A stretch of DNA of 64,000 bases. Source: Coraliomargaritaceae bacterium (GTDB lineage Bacteria > Verrucomicrobiota > Verrucomicrobiia > Opitutales > Coraliomargaritaceae). The notes beneath the pieces were generated by a model that did not search any database, was not told the origin of the DNA, and saw nothing but the letters and a program-made list of their open reading frames with translations. Shown piece after piece: positions 60,892-64,000 of this stretch; position 1 is the stretch's first letter, and each line of letters opens with the position of its first letter. Made by a program: the position numbers and the translations under genes. The DNA lies in assembly GCA_965656495.1 (NCBI GenBank), contig CBFHKU010000006.1, forward strand, positions 1 through 64,000. Reading direction: 5' to 3'.

Positions 60892-61184
60892 AACCAGAGG
60901 TGGAGATTGAATATTGCCCCGGTTGCCGCTGGTTGATGCGGGCGGCATGGACGGCGCAGGAATTGTTGACGACTTTTGAAGCGGAACGGTTAGCGGTGCG
61001 TTTGCGGCCCTCGGAAACGGGGGGACGTTTCACGGTTCGTTTGTCGGGTGAGGTTGTTTGGGACCGGGCGGCGGAGGGTCGTTTCCCGGAAATGAAGGAA
61101 TTGAAGCAGTTGTTGCGCGACCGGATTGCGCCGGAGCGGGATTTGGGGCACAGCGATCGAAAAGAGGGGAGCCGCGATGCCTGA
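60888..61184 (+). CDS. SelT/SelW/SelH (Rdx) family protein, Cys form
   Basis: IEYCPGCRW..RAAW.AQELL.TF and FPE.KELKQ..RD.I.P.RDLGH motifs. Confidence 0.93.
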   Translation: MKPEVEIEYCPGCRWLMRAAWTAQELLTTFEAERLAVRLRPSETGGRFTVRLSGEVVWDRAAEGRFPEMKELKQLLRDRIAPERDLGHSDRKEGSRDA

Positions 61185-61899
61185 TCCGGTGGATGCGATG
61201 GTGCGGGCGGCGCGGGAACTCGCCGATGGAGTGGACGCCCTGGATTTTGCGCCGCCAACGGAGGTGGTTTATAATCCCTTGCGGTATGCCTGGGCGGCGC
61301 ATGAGCAATACCTGCGCCTGCACGCGCGGGGAAAGAAACGGGTGATTTTCCTGGGGATGAACCCCGGGCCGTTTGGGATGGCGCAATGCGGGGTGCCGTT
61401 TGGCGAGATTGCGCTGGTGCGCGATTGGGTGGGGGTCGAAGCTCCGGTTGAACAACCACCGGTGGTGCACCCGAAGCGCCCGATCGAAGGGTTTGCCTGC
61501 CAGCGCAGCGAGGTGAGCGGGCGCCGTTTATGGGGTGCCTTCAAGGATCGTTTTGGCACGGCGGAAGCGTTTTTTGCTGATCATTTCGTGGCAAATTATT
61601 GTCCTTTGGTTTTCATGGAAGCTTCGGGAAAAAACCGCACCCCGGACAAACTGCCGGCTTCGGAGGCGGAGGCTTTGGGCTCGCTTTGCGCCGCGCATTT
61701 GCAGGCGGTGGTTGCGGCGCTGGAGCCGGAATGGGTGATTGGGGTCGGTGCGTTTGCGGAGCAGCAGGCGGCGGAGGCGCTGGCGGGTGGTGCTGCGCGG
61801 GTGGGTCGAATCCTGCATCCCAGTCCTGCGAGTCCGGCGGCGAATCGTGGCTGGGCGGAACAGGCGAGTGCGCAACTGGAGGCCTTGGGCATCTGGTGA
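61177..61899 (+). CDS. SMUG1-type (family 3) uracil-DNA glycosylase
   Basis: VYNPL.YA, GMNPGPFGMAQ.GVPFG, SEVSGRR.W, NYCPL, N.TP and HPSPASP motifs. Start MPDPV. Confidence 0.93.
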   Translation: MPDPVDAMVRAARELADGVDALDFAPPTEVVYNPLRYAWAAHEQYLRLHARGKKRVIFLGMNPGPFGMAQCGVPFGEIALVRDWVGVEAPVEQPPVVHPKRPIEGFACQRSEVSGRRLWGAFKDRFGTAEAFFADHFVANYCPLVFMEASGKNRTPDKLPASEAEALGSLCAAHLQAVVAALEPEWVIGVGAFAEQQAAEALAGGAARVGRILHPSPASPAANRGWAEQASAQLEALGIW

Positions 61900-61969
61900 A
61901 AGTGAAGCCTCCATGCATTTAAAATTGTCAACTTCCGGGAAGTGTGTCGTATATTTTATTTTTTAAGTT

Positions 61970-62359
61970 ATGCAAATTACTCTACTCAAATCGAAGCTGT
62001 TGCGTGCAGAAGTGACGGATCGGGCCCTGCACTACGAGGGAAGTTTGGCAATCGACGCAGATTTTATGCAGGCGGTGGGCTTGCGGCCCTATGAGAAAAT
62101 TTTGGTGGGCAATATCAGTAACGGGGAGCGTTTTGAAACCTATGCGATCGAGGCGCCGAGTGGTTCGCATTGCATCGCCCTCAATGGTGCGGCGGCGCAC
62201 AAGGGTGAGTTGGGGGATTTGCTGGTGATTATGGCATTTGGCATGTTTGAGGCGGAAGAGGCGGAACACTGGAAGCCTCGGGTCTTGCTCCTTTCTGAGG
62301 GCAACCGGAGTGCGGTACTTCAGGAAAAAGTACTGCTTGCGAAGGACATTATACAATAA
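61970..62359 (+). CDS. panD: Aspartate 1-decarboxylase
   Basis: LKSKL.RA.VT, YEG-S self-cleavage site, NGERFETY and LNGAAA motifs. Confidence 0.96.
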   Translation: MQITLLKSKLLRAEVTDRALHYEGSLAIDADFMQAVGLRPYEKILVGNISNGERFETYAIEAPSGSHCIALNGAAAHKGELGDLLVIMAFGMFEAEEAEHWKPRVLLLSEGNRSAVLQEKVLLAKDIIQ

Positions 62360-62744
62360 GAAGGGACGAGCTCAGATTCTACAGACGAAACAGCGGGAAG
62401 CCATTTTGAAGGTTTTGCAGGAGGCAAAACGCCCGCTTACGCGCGACGAAATCTTATCTTTGGCGCGTAAAAAGATTCCACGCTTGGGGTTTTCCACTGT
62501 TAATCTCGCGATTCGCAAATTTTCGGAGGAGTACGATCTAGTCGGGGTGGATTTTCCGGGGCAACCACGCCGCTATGAATTGCCTGCGGATAGGGAGCAC
62601 CCGCATTTTATTTGCCGGAAGTGCAATCGGGTTTATGATTTGGATTGTGTGATGCAGTTACCACCGCTGCGGGCGCCGAAGGGTTTTGTGGTTTCGGGTG
62701 GGGAAGTTATCTATACGGGTATATGCAGGGCATGCAATCAATGA
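62337..62744 (+). CDS. Fur-family transcriptional regulator (start uncertain)
   Basis: [29 protein letters not shown] and G.C.AC motifs. There is no ATG near the expected start; candidates are TTG 62337 or ATT 62376. Confidence 0.82.
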   Translation: MRRTLYNKKGRAQILQTKQREAILKVLQEAKRPLTRDEILSLARKKIPRLGFSTVNLAIRKFSEEYDLVGVDFPGQPRRYELPADREHPHFICRKCNRVYDLDCVMQLPPLRAPKGFVVSGGEVIYTGICRACNQ

Positions 62745-63616
62745 AGCGAATCCTACTGCGCCTGTTGTTCTTGAGTCTGACGCCTTCAATTGCCTGCGCA
62801 CTCGCAAAAGCGGAGGCGCCGAGTGCGAATGAGCCGGTTCAACGTTTGGTTAGTCTGGCGCCAAGTATCACGGAAGTTGTTTATGCGCTAGATGCAGAGG
62901 ATCGGTTGGTGGGGCGTTCAAAAAATTGTGATTTCCCGGCGGTTGCTTTGGCGGTGGAATCGGTCGGGCGAATCGATATGCCGAATCTGGAAAAGATAGT
63001 TTTGCTTGATCCGGATCTGGTCGTGATGACGAATTTAACGCCGGTGGATGTCATGCGCCGCTTGGAGGATTTGGGGATGCGGGTGGTACGTTTGAGGGCG
63101 GACCGGCTGGAGGATATTACGGAAGCGTTGCGGCGTTTAGGGGCGTTGCTGGGTCAGAATGCGGAAGCGGAGTGGATGGTGGGTTTATTTGCGGGGGCGT
63201 TGGCTGACTTGACGGCAAAGGGCGAAGCTTATGATGGGGCAGCTCCGCGTGCCTGTGTTTTATATGGATGTGACGCGCCGTATTTCAGTGCGGGAAAGGG
63301 GACTTTCCCGAGTGCTTTACTGGAGCGGGCCGGGTTTAGTAATATTGCGAAGGCGGCACCGGTAGCATGGCCGCAGTTGAATTTGGAATGGTTGATTCGC
63401 CAGGATCCCGAAGCCATTTTTATCGCGGGATATGGGGAGGCGGAATCGGGGGAGTTGGAATTGGAACGCCTGCGGTCGAGTGCGCTATGGAATCAGGTTT
63501 CGGCAATCCGGAACGGGCGGGTTTATTTCATTGGGAACAATGCCCTCTCGGTTCCGGGATTTCGGGCGATTGACGCACTGCATCGATTTTCAGAAGTGCG
63601 GGCTGAATTTCCCTAA
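62741..63616 (+). CDS. BtuF-like helical-backbone metal/cobalamin ABC substrate-binding protein
   Basis: Signal peptide [31 protein letters not shown]...DPE.I and W..V.AIRNGRVY motifs. Confidence 0.9.
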   Translation: MKRILLRLLFLSLTPSIACALAKAEAPSANEPVQRLVSLAPSITEVVYALDAEDRLVGRSKNCDFPAVALAVESVGRIDMPNLEKIVLLDPDLVVMTNLTPVDVMRRLEDLGMRVVRLRADRLEDITEALRRLGALLGQNAEAEWMVGLFAGALADLTAKGEAYDGAAPRACVLYGCDAPYFSAGKGTFPSALLERAGFSNIAKAAPVAWPQLNLEWLIRQDPEAIFIAGYGEAESGELELERLRSSALWNQVSAIRNGRVYFIGNNALSVPGFRAIDALHRFSEVRAEFP

Positions 63617-63687
63617 GGGAATCCTTGCGCTCGTCGTTCGATTCTCATTATAAGCGATCTGGATCAAGAGCTTTAATCGTTAAATTT

Positions 63688-64000
63688 ATGGATAAAAAAC
63701 TACAAGCAGGAGTGAAGGCACGTTTGGATGCGGTTGAAGGGATGTTGCCCGAACTGGAGCAATTTTTAATGGATTTACAGGCAGGGGATTTTGGAATTGA
63801 GACAAAGACCAATGCCTTTGACCTCGTGACGGAGGGTGATGTCGCGAGTCAGGCGCGGCTCGTCGAATTCATTGAGGGGCAGTTTCCGGATGACCAGATC
63901 ATCGGGGAGGAAGGCGGCGAACAGGATATGGTTCCGCAGCAGGGGTTTTGCTGGGTTCTGGATCCGATTGACGGGACGACCAATTTCGCGAATCGCATCC
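63688..64000 (+). CDS. Inositol monophosphatase family protein (SuhB-like), 5' part; runs off the window edge
   Basis: Manual translation MDKKLQ...DLVTEGD...FPDDQIIGEE...WVLDPIDGTTNFA. Confidence 0.92.
   Translation, partial: MDKKLQAGVKARLDAVEGMLPELEQFLMDLQAGDFGIETKTNAFDLVTEGDVASQARLVEFIEGQFPDDQIIGEEGGEQDMVPQQGFCWVLDPIDGTTNFANRI

Noticed and set aside
60888..61184. Selenoprotein (UGA recoding) in the SelW-like gene
   Set aside because: The motif is CPGC, with ordinary Cys codons and no in-frame TGA.

Overview
A GC-rich bacterial chromosome segment, most likely from Verrucomicrobiota (Opitutales, Coraliomargarita/Puniceicoccaceae-like). This is inferred from the PEP-CTERM proteins, alpha2-type GlyRS, RNase Y in a diderm background, and the Gld-like ABC/DUF4340/AsmA cluster. 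Most of the window is core genome: kamA-family (partial), arsR-polX, rny, tRNA-Asp, miaA, rnd, sodN, rsmI, pgi, ilvD, scpB-pheA, DEAD helicase, prc, rhomboid, glyQS, pstSCAB-phoU with a divergent phosphate porin, rnpB, rpsT, pyrE, a pabB-pabC-folP-folB-folK-selW-SMUG1 run, panD, fur, a BtuF-like binding protein and a partial inositol monophosphatase. Two accessory regions stand out. (1) At 5364-10460, downstream of tRNA-Asp, a 5-kb integrase-free array has four modules separated by five copies of the 12-bp core CAAAAAAACCCG, which is one arm of the tRNA terminator hairpin. The modules carry two 7-blade FG-GAP PEP-CTERM paralogues, a poly-C-containing gene stub, and an unannotated, internally deleted GxxExxY nuclease pseudogene flanked by inverted repeats. 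(2) At 47350-51120, repeats of the same AAC-headed purine-rich type recur as gene-less clusters, near a frameshifted outer-membrane barrel and another PEP-CTERM gene. Two small genes missed by the ORF track were found: a 31-aa basic bS22/mS38-like protein and a 56-aa lipoprotein with an EF-hand-like loop. All calls come from reading the sequence by eye; no searches were run.
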